From Promethearchaeati archaeon (GTDB lineage: Archaea; Asgardarchaeota; Heimdallarchaeia; Heimdallarchaeales; Heimdallarchaeaceae), in assembly GCA_013166775.1 (NCBI GenBank), contig JABLTJ010000013.1, positions 4,071 to 68,070 of the forward strand: 64,000 nt of DNA, written 5' to 3'. Shown here one piece after another: positions 45,863-55,683 of this stretch. The position numbers and the translations under genes are program-made. Below the pieces are notes generated by a model. The model was not told where the DNA came from. It made no database searches and worked only from the letters and a program-made list of their open reading frames with translations. Each line of letters starts with the position of its first letter. Within the stretch, counting starts at the first letter, position 1.

Positions 45863-47137
45863 TCACTCCTCTTCCTCCTCCTGAGTGGATTCTATAGGTC
45901 CTGAAAATACTTCGTCAATTATCTGTGCTCCCATGTCAATGAAAATTCTTGCTTGATCTTCATTTTCTAATCCTAGAGATCTTATGTACCGTTCGAAATC
46001 ATCGACTGGGTCATCGATTAGATATTCGTGAATCTTAGCCCCTTTCTCATGACTTATTGGTGCTCTTTTCGATAGGTCATAAGAATCCCATCTAAATTCT
46101 AGTATATTATATGCATCTGTAAATACCTCTTGTTGGATTTCTAAAAGAATATCTTCCATACTCCACCAATTAGATAGGAGAACTGAACCATCAATTTTAA
46201 TTTTAAACCGAGTAGCTGATTCACCTGCAAACTTCTCTTTATAAGCTTTAATTTTTTCTCGGATGATTTCTTCAAAATCACTAGGATTAGTTTGTGTAGT
46301 GAGGGTAATATTCGTTTGATGCATTTTTCTTTTTGTTTCAATTTTTCTAGGTGTTACCTTAGGAACCTCACCTTTCTGTACTTCGACTTCCAAAACACCT
46401 TTTGTATGTCCCCTTTCAGCAAAAGTGTGTTTTTCAGTACTACCACTTTGCCATGCGTTCGTTTTTGTACTTCCTTGTTTATGATCATGTCCGAGTGCTA
46501 CATAGTCATAAGAAAAATCAAAAAGTAGACTATGTAAATCCTCCCCTCTTTGCATTCCATGAGCAACAGCAATAGATATTTTGGAAGAATCAGGTTGTTG
46601 ATTGTTTCTTAGCCATTCTTCATAGCTTTTCTCTATGTGTGGAGCTCTACCAAATTTGAAATAAGGGAAAAGAAAGAAAACAACTTCATCAAATTCAAGT
46701 TTGAGAGGTTTGTTATCCAAAATTGCTTTTTTTAGTTGATAATTTGTAAATGTATAAACATTCCCTGGAAAAGCTGCTTGAATGAATTCAATTGTACTAT
46801 AATTTCTTGTGAGATATGACCCATGATTACCATCAATTATTATAACTGGTACTTTGTATTTTGTTTTCTCAAAGAAGTTTTTCAATTCTTTTATTACATA
46901 AGTTCGGGAATATTCTGTTGGTCCTGCTAGATATCTACCAACAGGAATATCAAATAAATCACCAGAATGTACAACATAATCATAATCAGTTTCTGCTGCA
47001 ATTTCCAGTGTTTTTTTGAAACCCAAACAATAGTCTTCTTCTATCCAAGTTACTCTATTACTGATCTTCCATGCATCTCGTACATCTCTGAATCGACGGT
47101 GTGATACATGAGTATCTGAAAAATGAAGTATTTTCAT
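45863..47137 (-). CDS. mre11: Mre11 nuclease
   Basis: Phosphoesterase motifs appear in order: FSDTHV, HSGDLFD, DGNHG, VAHG and LGHDH. A GGTGA lies upstream of the ATG. Confidence 0.9.
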   Translation of the reverse strand: MKILHFSDTHVSHRRFRDVRDAWKISNRVTWIEEDYCLGFKKTLEIAAETDYDYVVHSGDLFDIPVGRYLAGPTEYSRTYVIKELKNFFEKTKYKVPVIIIDGNHGSYLTRNYSTIEFIQAAFPGNVYTFTNYQLKKAILDNKPLKLEFDEVVFFLFPYFKFGRAPHIEKSYEEWLRNNQQPDSSKISIAVAHGMQRGEDLHSLLFDFSYDYVALGHDHKQGSTKTNAWQSGSTEKHTFAERGHTKGVLEVEVQKGEVPKVTPRKIETKRKMHQTNITLTTQTNPSDFEEIIREKIKAYKEKFAGESATRFKIKIDGSVLLSNWWSMEDILLEIQQEVFTDAYNILEFRWDSYDLSKRAPISHEKGAKIHEYLIDDPVDDFERYIRSLGLENEDQARIFIDMGAQIIDEVFSGPIESTQEEEEE

Positions 47138-47150
47138 TATTTTTTCACCA

Positions 47151-48968
47151 TTACATTATCGGGACTTCAGTTGATTTTCTTTTTGATTTCTCTAATTCTA
47201 AAACTTTGTGCGGATCCTTAAAGAAAGGTAATTGTTGCTCGATATAAAAAGGAACATTACTAACCTTTACTGGAAGAGGGATATTTTTGAGAGAGTTTGT
47301 TAGTATTGCTTCTCCTCGGCCCAGAACTTTGAATTCGTTTTCATATCCCATAATATTATTACTTGCATTAGTTATAGCTTGCCTGATTTCGATTTCATTA
47401 CCAAGCATCATATTCAACTCAGTATTTGTATTCGCTAAAATTATGGGTTCCATTGAAGAGATATTTTGAGTTATGAGTAACAAACCTATCCTAAATTTTC
47501 TTCCTTGGCGTGAAATGTCAATGAAAATATTGCCTTCTTTGGACATTTGAGCTCCTAAAATACTTGGTGCTTCCTCAACAGTAACCATAACAATAGGTAG
47601 TTCCTTTATTGATTTCATCATGAAATCATCAGTACCAACTTTCTCGTTTGTATAGATATCTTGAATTGAGTATTTAGAATTGGGAGACTCACCTAAAAGT
47701 TCACTTGCTATTTCTTTTGGAAGTTTGTTTTTAACTTGTTCTTTGAATTGTTTCCACTTTGTAGATGACATTAGAGCTTGACGGAGTGAAAACAGTGTTC
47801 GAGCAACCATTGTTATGACAACAAACTGCTCTGTAGACGATAATAAAGCAGTACTAAAATTATAGAAATGACCTTGTTCTAAATTGTAGATTATTTCTGC
47901 TAAATCACTGTAATTATCCTTTGTGAAAATTGTTGATCTAATAATGGGATATAATCGTCTCCTGACTGCACTAACTGTTCCTTTAGCAAAACCATAAGTT
48001 TCGTCTTCTGGAGCTGTTTCAATAGTGGTAACCCAATCATCTTGTTTACCTCGAGTAACACTCATATATCCGAGCATTTGATCTGAAACAGACATAACAG
48101 AAGTGATATCACTTATGGCTAGATCTTGTCTTCTGAATCGTAGAGGTTTAGATATTTTTTGCATTTCTTTTGAAATAGCAGATAAATCCCTTGTAAGATA
48201 GAATTTATCCCCAAAAAGAGCATCAAAATGTTTTTGATCTCCTTTAAGTGTAGCATTAGCTATATCTAAAACACCTTTAGTTTTATTTTCGAAAGTTAAA
48301 CCTTTCATATACTCATCATGTACATCCACCATGAAGACTGAAAGTCTTTCATTTAAAGGAGCATTGCTCAATAATTTAGTAAGATTATTTCTCAGAGCTG
48401 ATGTAATGAATGTCAGCATAAAGAATGATTTTCCAGCTCCAGTAGTTCCAGCTACTTGAAGATGCATTGGGAGTGATTCCAGATCAATTTTTATTGGTAT
48501 ATCCATTGTTGATGTACCAATCAGCAATTTTCCTATCTCAATATCAGTTCCTACCTCTTCTTGTAATAGACTGCTTAGAGCTCCTGGACTTTCTGCACCT
48601 CTATAAACCTCAGAGAAATGTGGGGGAAGTGTTCGTGGTTTCTTGAAAATCCATTTTCCTTTCTTCGCGTCAAATTCACTGTAACCCATGAGCAATCCAT
48701 GAACTTTGACTAACTTTTCTGATTCAACTCTTGCAATGTAAGCTTCTCTGTTTCTTAGAAAATTCGCTGCAATTTCTCCCATATCTCGGATGTTTCTGAG
48801 AATGTTTTCATAATTCATAACACGAAACAGGAAGACTTGAGTTCCTTTAGGGGGTTTAATTACTAGTATTTCTCCAATTTGGAATCGAATATCTGTACAT
48901 ACAACTGTTAAAGTTGATATATCTCCTTCTGCTAGTATGCCAATTGGTTCTGCTAACTCTAATTTCAT
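47151..48968 (-). CDS. herA: HerA-type hexameric helicase/translocase (FtsK/HerA ATPase)
   Basis: An N-terminal barrel-like segment is followed by Walker A VAGTTGAGKS. MVDVHDEY, VTVEEAPSIL and GRKFRIGLLLITQN are present. An AGGTGA lies upstream of the ATG. Confidence 0.8.
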   Translation of the reverse strand: MKLELAEPIGILAEGDISTLTVVCTDIRFQIGEILVIKPPKGTQVFLFRVMNYENILRNIRDMGEIAANFLRNREAYIARVESEKLVKVHGLLMGYSEFDAKKGKWIFKKPRTLPPHFSEVYRGAESPGALSSLLQEEVGTDIEIGKLLIGTSTMDIPIKIDLESLPMHLQVAGTTGAGKSFFMLTFITSALRNNLTKLLSNAPLNERLSVFMVDVHDEYMKGLTFENKTKGVLDIANATLKGDQKHFDALFGDKFYLTRDLSAISKEMQKISKPLRFRRQDLAISDITSVMSVSDQMLGYMSVTRGKQDDWVTTIETAPEDETYGFAKGTVSAVRRRLYPIIRSTIFTKDNYSDLAEIIYNLEQGHFYNFSTALLSSTEQFVVITMVARTLFSLRQALMSSTKWKQFKEQVKNKLPKEIASELLGESPNSKYSIQDIYTNEKVGTDDFMMKSIKELPIVMVTVEEAPSILGAQMSKEGNIFIDISRQGRKFRIGLLLITQNISSMEPIILANTNTELNMMLGNEIEIRQAITNASNNIMGYENEFKVLGRGEAILTNSLKNIPLPVKVSNVPFYIEQQLPFFKDPHKVLELEKSKRKSTEVPIM

Positions 48969-48978
48969 TTTTTCACCT

Positions 48979-50301
48979 TTATAATAATCCTAATCTTTTT
49001 CTTGGATGAATAAACATCTTTGGATTTTCACCTTGTTCTGCGAAATAGTCTATTAACTGGTCTGCTACCACATCTCTTTCAGAGAATTTAACTAATGTGG
49101 TATGATGGGCAAAAGCTAAATCGAAGAAATAGCCATAATACCTAACATCTCTTGCTAACCAATCAATTTCTTGAAACATTTTCAATTCATTTTCTCTTTC
49201 TTTCTTTTTATCAGATGATCTAATCTTCTCCTTCCACCACTTTTCATCAATATCAATTCTCAATATAGGAACCTCAGATGAGAAATGAAAAAGGTACGTA
49301 ACACCATAAGCTGGAGGGATATGCGGTCGATCTTTGAGTATGTTAAGAGTTTTACTTTCACGTGGAGGTGTTGGAACTCTTACAAACCATTTTTTCTCTG
49401 AACCTAAGCTCTTTTCTAAATCTTGAGCTATTCTGTAAATAAAAGGAAAGGTTGTAGTTTTGCTTACTGCAACAACACAAGTTTCTTTTTCAATTGCTTT
49501 TAAACATAAATCCCTTAATAAGTAGTTAGAAGCTAATCTTGGTTGCTTTTGTTTAGGGGACAGGAGCATATTCATTGAGCCATCTAAGAAGAGATATTTG
49601 AGCTTCAAATCAGATTTTAATAGAGCATTGGCTAATGAATATTCGAGAATTTCACGAAATTGGTCATACCATCCTCTAGGAGCATTAGATCCAGGAGAAA
49701 CCATCCATGAAGAAAAATCCTCAATATCATCTCTGTATAACCTCAGATTTAGCTGCTTAGCTGTCATAACAATCTTCGTTTTAGTATCTAATTTTGGAAC
49801 AGGATCATTCGGACGTTTCAGTTTGAATGCCTCTGCAACAATATTTCCTAAAACTCGAATAACAACATCCAGTAGTTTTTCCCCATAATTGTAATTTATG
49901 TAAGTTAGAAAATCATCCCAAACTTCATCTGAATTATCTTCTCGTAACAATACCAATCTTAGAATTCCTTCAGGGGATGTACAAATGGGGGGAAGTATAT
50001 CAAGCTGTTTTGTTGTTCCTTTATTAAAAACAGTTTGATCAGCAGCAAATGCAGCAGTCATGAGATGAATGGATATATCGTTTAGGGACACTAGACTGTC
50101 AGCACCAGAACCATCAATCGCTGCAATATTGAAATTTTCATTCTCAAAAATTGATGGATATGGTTCAAATATTTGCAGTTTTGATGTGAGATATTTGAGA
50201 TCTTCTTGATACGCTTCATCAGATTTTTGTTCTATCAACTTGAATTTTGAATATACTTTCGCGAACTCTTTCTCTAGGGATTTATCGAAAAAAACTTGCA
50301 T
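48979..50301 (-). CDS. nurA: NurA 5'-3' nuclease
   Basis: Acidic motifs IAAIDGSG and YLFLDGS are present, and the gene sits immediately upstream of herA. I prefer the ATG at 50301 because GGAGGAG lies 8 nt upstream of it. The track start (TTG at 50322) contains that Shine-Dalgarno-like sequence. Confidence 0.7.
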   Translation of the reverse strand: MQVFFDKSLEKEFAKVYSKFKLIEQKSDEAYQEDLKYLTSKLQIFEPYPSIFENENFNIAAIDGSGADSLVSLNDISIHLMTAAFAADQTVFNKGTTKQLDILPPICTSPEGILRLVLLREDNSDEVWDDFLTYINYNYGEKLLDVVIRVLGNIVAEAFKLKRPNDPVPKLDTKTKIVMTAKQLNLRLYRDDIEDFSSWMVSPGSNAPRGWYDQFREILEYSLANALLKSDLKLKYLFLDGSMNMLLSPKQKQPRLASNYLLRDLCLKAIEKETCVVAVSKTTTFPFIYRIAQDLEKSLGSEKKWFVRVPTPPRESKTLNILKDRPHIPPAYGVTYLFHFSSEVPILRIDIDEKWWKEKIRSSDKKKERENELKMFQEIDWLARDVRYYGYFFDLAFAHHTTLVKFSERDVVADQLIDYFAEQGENPKMFIHPRKRLGLL

Positions 50302-50309
50302 TGAAGAGA

Positions 50310-50316
50310 CTCCTCC
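50310..50316 (-). promoter_or_regulatory. Shine-Dalgarno-like GGAGGAG for nurA
   Basis: The minus strand reads TTGATAGGAGGAGTCTCTTCAATG. Similar GGTGA or GAGGGG motifs precede herA, mre11 and rad50. Confidence 0.5.
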
Positions 50317-50430
50317 TATCAATTGTGATTTTGTATTATTAAAATATTTTTGGGGAGTACACTAAAAGTGTTATAAGTATGAAACTGAAAATTATGCTTC
50401 AAAAGCATTTTTTTTCTCCATTTCGAGAAC

Positions 50431-50443
50431 ATATTTATAAATA
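50431..50443 (+). promoter_or_regulatory. TATA-like element in the divergent nurA / VIT intergenic region
   Basis: ATATTTATAAATA lies ~70 nt upstream of the ATG at 50514. Composition-based guess only. Confidence 0.25.
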
Positions 50444-50513
50444 GACGATGTTGTAAATATTGATAGGGAAAAATAAATTGAAAAGTCTTAAGGAGATTAG
50501 ACGATACCTGAAT

Positions 50514-51080
50514 ATGGTTGAGGGAGAAAATATTCTACGTAGATATTTTGTTATGAATGGTTTTGATGGAGCCTTAACTGCTTTTGGAATAATACTAGGT
50601 ACATGGATAGCACAAAATTATAGTGATCCTAAAACCTTAATCTTTGCTGGAATAGGTGCAAGTTTTGCAATGGGAGTTTCAGGATTTACAATTGCCTACC
50701 TTACTGAAAAAGCTGAAAGAGTAAGAGAAATTAAAGAATTAGAAGAACAGATGGTTGCTGATTTAAATGACACTGCAATAACTAAAGCTAGTTTCTGGAC
50801 TTCATTAGTTGTATCATTTGTTGATGGTCTTTCACCCTTTCTATTCTCACTTGCTGCAATGATACCTTTCTTCTTTGTCTATATAGGTCTGCCAATGCTC
50901 ACAGCGTACATTATCTCAACAGTAATAGTAACCGTTGAGGTGATAGTTCTTGGACTATTCTTAGGAGCAGTTTCCAAAGAAAACAAAATTATGTATGCCT
51001 TAAAGATTCTCCCAGCTGCTCTGCTAGTAGCAGGTTTGACTTATCTTCTTGAACTCATCTCCAGGATAGGTGGGGGATAG
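50514..51080 (+). CDS. VIT1/CCC1-family (short archaeal type) membrane protein
   Basis: NGFDGALTAFGIILG is followed by hydrophobic helices separated by a charged helix (EKAERVREIKELEEQ). I prefer the ATG at 50514; the track offers TTG at 50460. Confidence 0.55.
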   Translation: MVEGENILRRYFVMNGFDGALTAFGIILGTWIAQNYSDPKTLIFAGIGASFAMGVSGFTIAYLTEKAERVREIKELEEQMVADLNDTAITKASFWTSLVVSFVDGLSPFLFSLAAMIPFFFVYIGLPMLTAYIISTVIVTVEVIVLGLFLGAVSKENKIMYALKILPAALLVAGLTYLLELISRIGGG

Positions 51081-51140
51081 AATTCAATCCTTCCTCTTTT
51101 TAGGGTAAAACTAAATAATGGATAATTTTACAGTAGGTTA

Positions 51141-52499
51141 ATGTCTAAGAAGAAACCTAAGCCTAAACCTAATGATGTCATTATAGTTGGTGCAGGAATA
51201 GCAGGATGTGTGCTTGCTTTCCATTTAGCTACAGCAGATAGGAAAGTAATTGTTTTTGAGAAAAAGACTAGAGAAGAAATGGGTCCAGATTGGTGCGATT
51301 CAGTAGAGAAAGAAGCTTTTTCATTCTCAGGCATACCTCCTCCTAAAGGTAAAGAAAAGAAAGCAGAGAGAGATCATGCAGCTATATTATCACCTGATTT
51401 TAGTAAAATAATTCATTTGGATTCCTATAATCAATGGATTGTCGATAGAAAGTTACTTCATGAAAGATTAGTTGGAATGGCAGAAAAAGCTGGTGCGGAA
51501 TTCGTATTTGAAACTGAAATTGTTGAACCTATGGGAAAAGGTCAATGGGTTGTTGGAGTTAAGAAGAAAGATGGAAAAGTAGAAAATGCTCGTTTAATCG
51601 TAGACTGTTCAGGTGAAGAGAGAATTTTAGGTAAGAATATCGAAATATTGGATCTGAATCTTAAGCTCCCTGAAACAGATATTGTTGATGCTTACAGAGA
51701 ACTCCATAAGGTTGACTCAAAAGATATTGAATGGGGAGGACACAAAATAGAGCAGAATGTTCTATATTATCGATATGGGTATGAAAAAGGATATAGCTGG
51801 CTAAACTTTGAGGATTTAGAACACTTAGATATTGGTGCAGGCGTTGGAAAGGGTTTCTCCAATAGATCTGCAAAGGCAATAGTAAATGATTATATCAATT
51901 CAAACAAAGAAATTCAGAAAGAAAAATTAAGAGGAGGAGGAGGGAAGATTGTGGTTAGAAGACCATTAACATTAGTATGGTATGGTTTTATGATGGTTGG
52001 AGAAGCTGCTGCTCAAGTTTTGCCATCTATGGGATTCGGAACAGGTTCATCTATGAAAGCAGCTAAAATTGCAGCTGAAGTTGCACTAAAAGCTCTTCAG
52101 AGAAAAGAACTTTCAATTGATGGATTGTGGGAATACCAAGTAAGATATATAAAAGAGAGAGGAAGAGATGTTGCTGCTCTGGACATGATGAGAAATGGTT
52201 TACAACAATTTTCAGAAGAAGAAGCGTCTTTTCTTATCAACAAAGGTATTTTTTCGAAAAATGACTTTGAGAAACTAATTAATGCAAAATATCCTAAAGT
52301 AAATATTTTCAAGCAAATAGATTCAATGTTAAAAGGAATTTCAAGACCAAAGTTGATGTGGAAGATGAGAAAAGTAGCTCAGAGATCAAACAAAATCTTT
52401 AGTCATTATAGAAAAATGCCCAAAGAATATGATTCCAAGAAATACCTTGCATGGATGCTAGGACACATGCATTTGTTTGAAGAAATAAGAAAAGAATAG
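51141..52499 (+). CDS. FAD-dependent oxidoreductase, geranylgeranyl reductase family
   Basis: DVIIVGAGIAGCVLAFHLA...VFEKK forms the dinucleotide fold. VDCSGEE and MVGEAAAQVLPSMGFG resemble the GDAAG..P..G.G block. Confidence 0.65.
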   Translation: MSKKKPKPKPNDVIIVGAGIAGCVLAFHLATADRKVIVFEKKTREEMGPDWCDSVEKEAFSFSGIPPPKGKEKKAERDHAAILSPDFSKIIHLDSYNQWIVDRKLLHERLVGMAEKAGAEFVFETEIVEPMGKGQWVVGVKKKDGKVENARLIVDCSGEERILGKNIEILDLNLKLPETDIVDAYRELHKVDSKDIEWGGHKIEQNVLYYRYGYEKGYSWLNFEDLEHLDIGAGVGKGFSNRSAKAIVNDYINSNKEIQKEKLRGGGGKIVVRRPLTLVWYGFMMVGEAAAQVLPSMGFGTGSSMKAAKIAAEVALKALQRKELSIDGLWEYQVRYIKERGRDVAALDMMRNGLQQFSEEEASFLINKGIFSKNDFEKLINAKYPKVNIFKQIDSMLKGISRPKLMWKMRKVAQRSNKIFSHYRKMPKEYDSKKYLAWMLGHMHLFEEIRKE

Positions 52500-52524
52500 T
52501 ACTTTTTGCCTATATATTTAAAAA

Positions 52525-53409
52525 ATGAAAAGTTTCTTTTATGTTATGGATGAATCCGAAAACGATTTTCGGTTCATATTGGAGAATGTACTTTGTATAG
52601 AGGATAGTAGTCAAATTACAGTTCAGCTTATTAATATTATTGAGGGAGTCAAGTGGGATATATCTTGTATTAATGATGAGGTTAGATTTCTTTCTAAAAA
52701 CTTCAAATCAGAGGGAGTTGAGATAACATCACCCAATTTCAGGAAAATATATAGCGGAGCACATAGAAGAAAACTTCCAATTCTGCATCTCTATGATACT
52801 GAAAAAGAAATCTCTGGTGCTTTTCCATTAAAATTGATATCCAGAATCTGGAAATTATCAATAAGAGAGAAATTGGGAAGCATAAAAATGGTTCCATTTG
52901 AAGATGATCCATCTAGAGCGAAATATCTAGAAATAGAATTTCAGAGCGGTTTATTTAGAGTTAGGGGAGTCCATCAACTTTTCCCAACAGAAGACTATTT
53001 TCAGACTAATGTGGAATATTCAAAAAAATACGCTTTGGCTTATGAAAAATTCAAGGAAATAACACCGTTTACAGTAGACAGAATAATTGATCTTCTTTCA
53101 ACAGATAAAATAGCAGCGTCTTTTGAAGCGTGGGAGAACGATCCAGTTCAATATGACATTCCAGGTGTAGATACTGCAAACATTTACTTAGCTAGGAAAC
53201 TTGCAGATGAATTAAATGCAGAAGAATTAGATATTCTAGTTAAACAAATAAGAGAGATTATGACTGAAACTGATTGGGAAGATTTTACAGATAAACAAAC
53301 AATCGAGCGATATTCTCATTTTCTTAAATATGTGAAGAAGATAAGGACAATAAAGAAGAAAGAACCACCTGAAGATTATACTCCTTTTACAGATTACTTT
53401 GATATTTAG
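52525..53409 (+). CDS. Hypothetical cytoplasmic protein
   Basis: 294-aa ORF starting 25 nt after the preceding gene. It has no hydrophobic helices and no motif I recognise. Confidence 0.5.
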   Translation: MKSFFYVMDESENDFRFILENVLCIEDSSQITVQLINIIEGVKWDISCINDEVRFLSKNFKSEGVEITSPNFRKIYSGAHRRKLPILHLYDTEKEISGAFPLKLISRIWKLSIREKLGSIKMVPFEDDPSRAKYLEIEFQSGLFRVRGVHQLFPTEDYFQTNVEYSKKYALAYEKFKEITPFTVDRIIDLLSTDKIAASFEAWENDPVQYDIPGVDTANIYLARKLADELNAEELDILVKQIREIMTETDWEDFTDKQTIERYSHFLKYVKKIRTIKKKEPPEDYTPFTDYFDI

Positions 53410-53424
53410 AAAGAAAAAGAGAGA

Positions 53425-54933
53425 TTAGTTTTTCTTCCTTCTTCTAAATATTAAAATGAAGTTACTCGCAACCAACAATGTTGTAGTAATAGTAATAATT
53501 GTAATTCGAGTTTCTGTTGCAGAATTCTGGTGTCCAGATTCAATTGAGAAATCAAGTTCACTTACTGGACTTGCCATCCACAATCTAGGTCCTGCTGTAA
53601 TGCCTACACGGATTTTACTAGTTACTACATAGACTTTTTCTATATTCTCTCCATTGCAATACAGACGTGTTTTATTGCCATTACTTGTAAGTATTGATTG
53701 AGTAACATTCCACCCATTATCATCCTCAATGATTGTAACAACACCTAAGGAGCCAGGATAATCTGGTGTTTCTAATTCCAATGTAAATTCATCTGGTGTC
53801 TCATCTAATTCCAGAATTTCAATTCCATAATATCTATGTTCAATATTAGTAAAAGTTCTCGGTAAATTAGAAACAGGTCTTCTAGTTAATATATGATAAT
53901 CTGCATTGATAAAACCATATAAGTCCTCATAGATCCCAAGTTCATCAATTGTGCAAGCTGTAATAAAATTGAGAAAAATCTCATTGAATGTAATTTCTAA
54001 TCCGTGGTTTGAAAGTACATACTCTATTCCTTCTGGACCATCCAAATCATCAATTCCTATTAAATCCTTGATAATCTGGATTCCATACTTCTCTGCTATA
54101 TAGAACAGAAACATATAACCTGCACCATAACTTGCATAGGAATGATATCCTTCGTCAAAATAGAGTAAAGATACTGAAGGATTTTCCGAATAATAGTACG
54201 CTGAATAAGTTATGTTTAAACTCATTCCACCTTGCATAAAGGATGAGTTCGACATATAACCTGCATTATACATAGAAAATTCAGCTAATCCTTCAATAAG
54301 AAAAACAGCTTCATCTAAATCGTAATTAAACAAAAACAAATGGTTTGTTTCGTGACATATAACGCCAATTGTGTTTATAAGAGGCATCTCTGAGTTTACA
54401 AAAACCATTTCTCGGTTATTTGAATAAGGATATCCAACCAGTTCATTATGTTGTAGATAATAACTCCCTACTCCTTCAACAAGAAATACAGTTATTCTAG
54501 GATCGCTATCTATATCCCCCAATGTTCCAGCTGGATCTCCCATCAGTTCATAGTTTTTCGGATAAATGGTTTCATCAAACTCAAAACTATAAATCTCACT
54601 TCTTCTTATTGCTTCATTCTGCCCTAAGGAATTTATTGTTCTATTATCCATGTAAATATAACACTGATCTCCAACAGCTAATAGAGTGGCTCTAACCTCA
54701 AACCAGTCATTAGTTTGAAGATTAGCTGTCCAGAAATCTTCTTGATCACCAAAATTATGTATTGATAGTACCTTAGGATTGCTATCAGCAATTTTTTGTT
54801 CAATTTTATAGATAGGGTTTTCTTCTAACTCTAGATTATTTGTTTCAGTAGATAATACATCAACTGTGTTAGTAGAAAAGAGAGGAAAAAGTAGAAGTGA
54901 AATTAATAATAAGAAATTTCTAAATTTAACCAT
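53425..54933 (-). CDS. Extracellular MA-clan (gluzincin-like) zinc metallopeptidase with signal peptide and C-terminal TM anchor
   Basis: 502 aa. HETNH (54340..54354) is followed by IEGLAEF, matching the HExxH...EG.A.(F/Y) arrangement of gluzincins. It ends with a TM helix plus RRRKKN. It is a paralogue of 63043..>64000. Confidence 0.6.
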   Translation of the reverse strand: MVKFRNFLLLISLLLFPLFSTNTVDVLSTETNNLELEENPIYKIEQKIADSNPKVLSIHNFGDQEDFWTANLQTNDWFEVRATLLAVGDQCYIYMDNRTINSLGQNEAIRRSEIYSFEFDETIYPKNYELMGDPAGTLGDIDSDPRITVFLVEGVGSYYLQHNELVGYPYSNNREMVFVNSEMPLINTIGVICHETNHLFLFNYDLDEAVFLIEGLAEFSMYNAGYMSNSSFMQGGMSLNITYSAYYYSENPSVSLLYFDEGYHSYASYGAGYMFLFYIAEKYGIQIIKDLIGIDDLDGPEGIEYVLSNHGLEITFNEIFLNFITACTIDELGIYEDLYGFINADYHILTRRPVSNLPRTFTNIEHRYYGIEILELDETPDEFTLELETPDYPGSLGVVTIIEDDNGWNVTQSILTSNGNKTRLYCNGENIEKVYVVTSKIRVGITAGPRLWMASPVSELDFSIESGHQNSATETRITIITITTTLLVASNFILIFRRRKKN

Positions 54934-55035
54934 TCTGACCAGTATTAAGGTGTAAAAAGCACTAATAAAGATATGTAAAAAAAGATAAGAGAACGTTCAT
55001 TAATTTACTAATATCTGCATTCATTATATTAATTA

Positions 55036-55599
55036 TTAAGTCTTTATCTTTTCTGCTAATTCTCTAACATCTGCAAGTAATTGTACATTCTTAGCTGCAT
55101 CCCCAATATTCTCTGCAGTTCCATGAACTATTCCTAGATTTTCTCCTTTGAAATAATGAATTAAATATTTTATTGAATTAATAGCATTTTGCACTCCTGA
55201 TCCTTCGACACTACTATTTCCATAAACAAACATTGAAGCAAATTTCTTTCCATCTAAAGCATGCCCACCTTTTACATGTAGAGCAACTAAACGATCAATA
55301 AACAGCTTCAATTGACCAGAGTAATTATACCAATAAACAGGGGAAGCGAAGACAAAGATATCAGTTTCTAGAATTGTTGGATAGAGAGTGTTCATAACAT
55401 CATCTTGAACACATTTTAAAGGAAAATCTTTGTAGCACCAGAAACAACCTTGACAAGGCTTTATATTCAGATCATTAAGTTTGAAAATTTCCACATCGTT
55501 ATTGCTCTCTTCTAAAATTTTCGATAGTTTCTCAACTAAAACAGCTGTATTGCCTTTTTTTCGAGGACTACCATTAAGAATCAATACTTTTTTCATCAA
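55036..55599 (-). CDS. Iron-sulfur flavoprotein (Isf-like, flavodoxin-fold NAD(P)H/FMN reductase family)
   Basis: KVLILNGSPRKKGNT is present, together with the compact cysteine motif CQGCFWCYKDFPLKC (Cx2Cx2Cx7C, 55411..55455). Confidence 0.7.
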   Translation of the reverse strand: MMKKVLILNGSPRKKGNTAVLVEKLSKILEESNNDVEIFKLNDLNIKPCQGCFWCYKDFPLKCVQDDVMNTLYPTILETDIFVFASPVYWYNYSGQLKLFIDRLVALHVKGGHALDGKKFASMFVYGNSSVEGSGVQNAINSIKYLIHYFKGENLGIVHGTAENIGDAAKNVQLLADVRELAEKIKT

Positions 55600-55683
55600 A
55601 GGAACAAACTTTTAGATAATTATAAGAATTTTCCAAGATAACAAGAAAAAACTGAAATAATCATGTGAAGGAGATTATCATAG

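Noticed and set aside
47151-50322. HerA plus NurA-like nuclease as an anti-phage defence module
   Set aside because: They are immediately followed, with 10-13-nt gaps, by canonical mre11 and rad50. This is the housekeeping archaeal end-resection operon rather than a HerA-effector defence pair.
50394-50415. Hairpin ATGCTT-caa-AAGCAT followed by a T-run, resembling an intrinsic terminator
   Set aside because: The stem is only 6 bp and A/T-rich. It lies in a divergent promoter region with no upstream plus-strand gene to terminate, so it is probably fortuitous.
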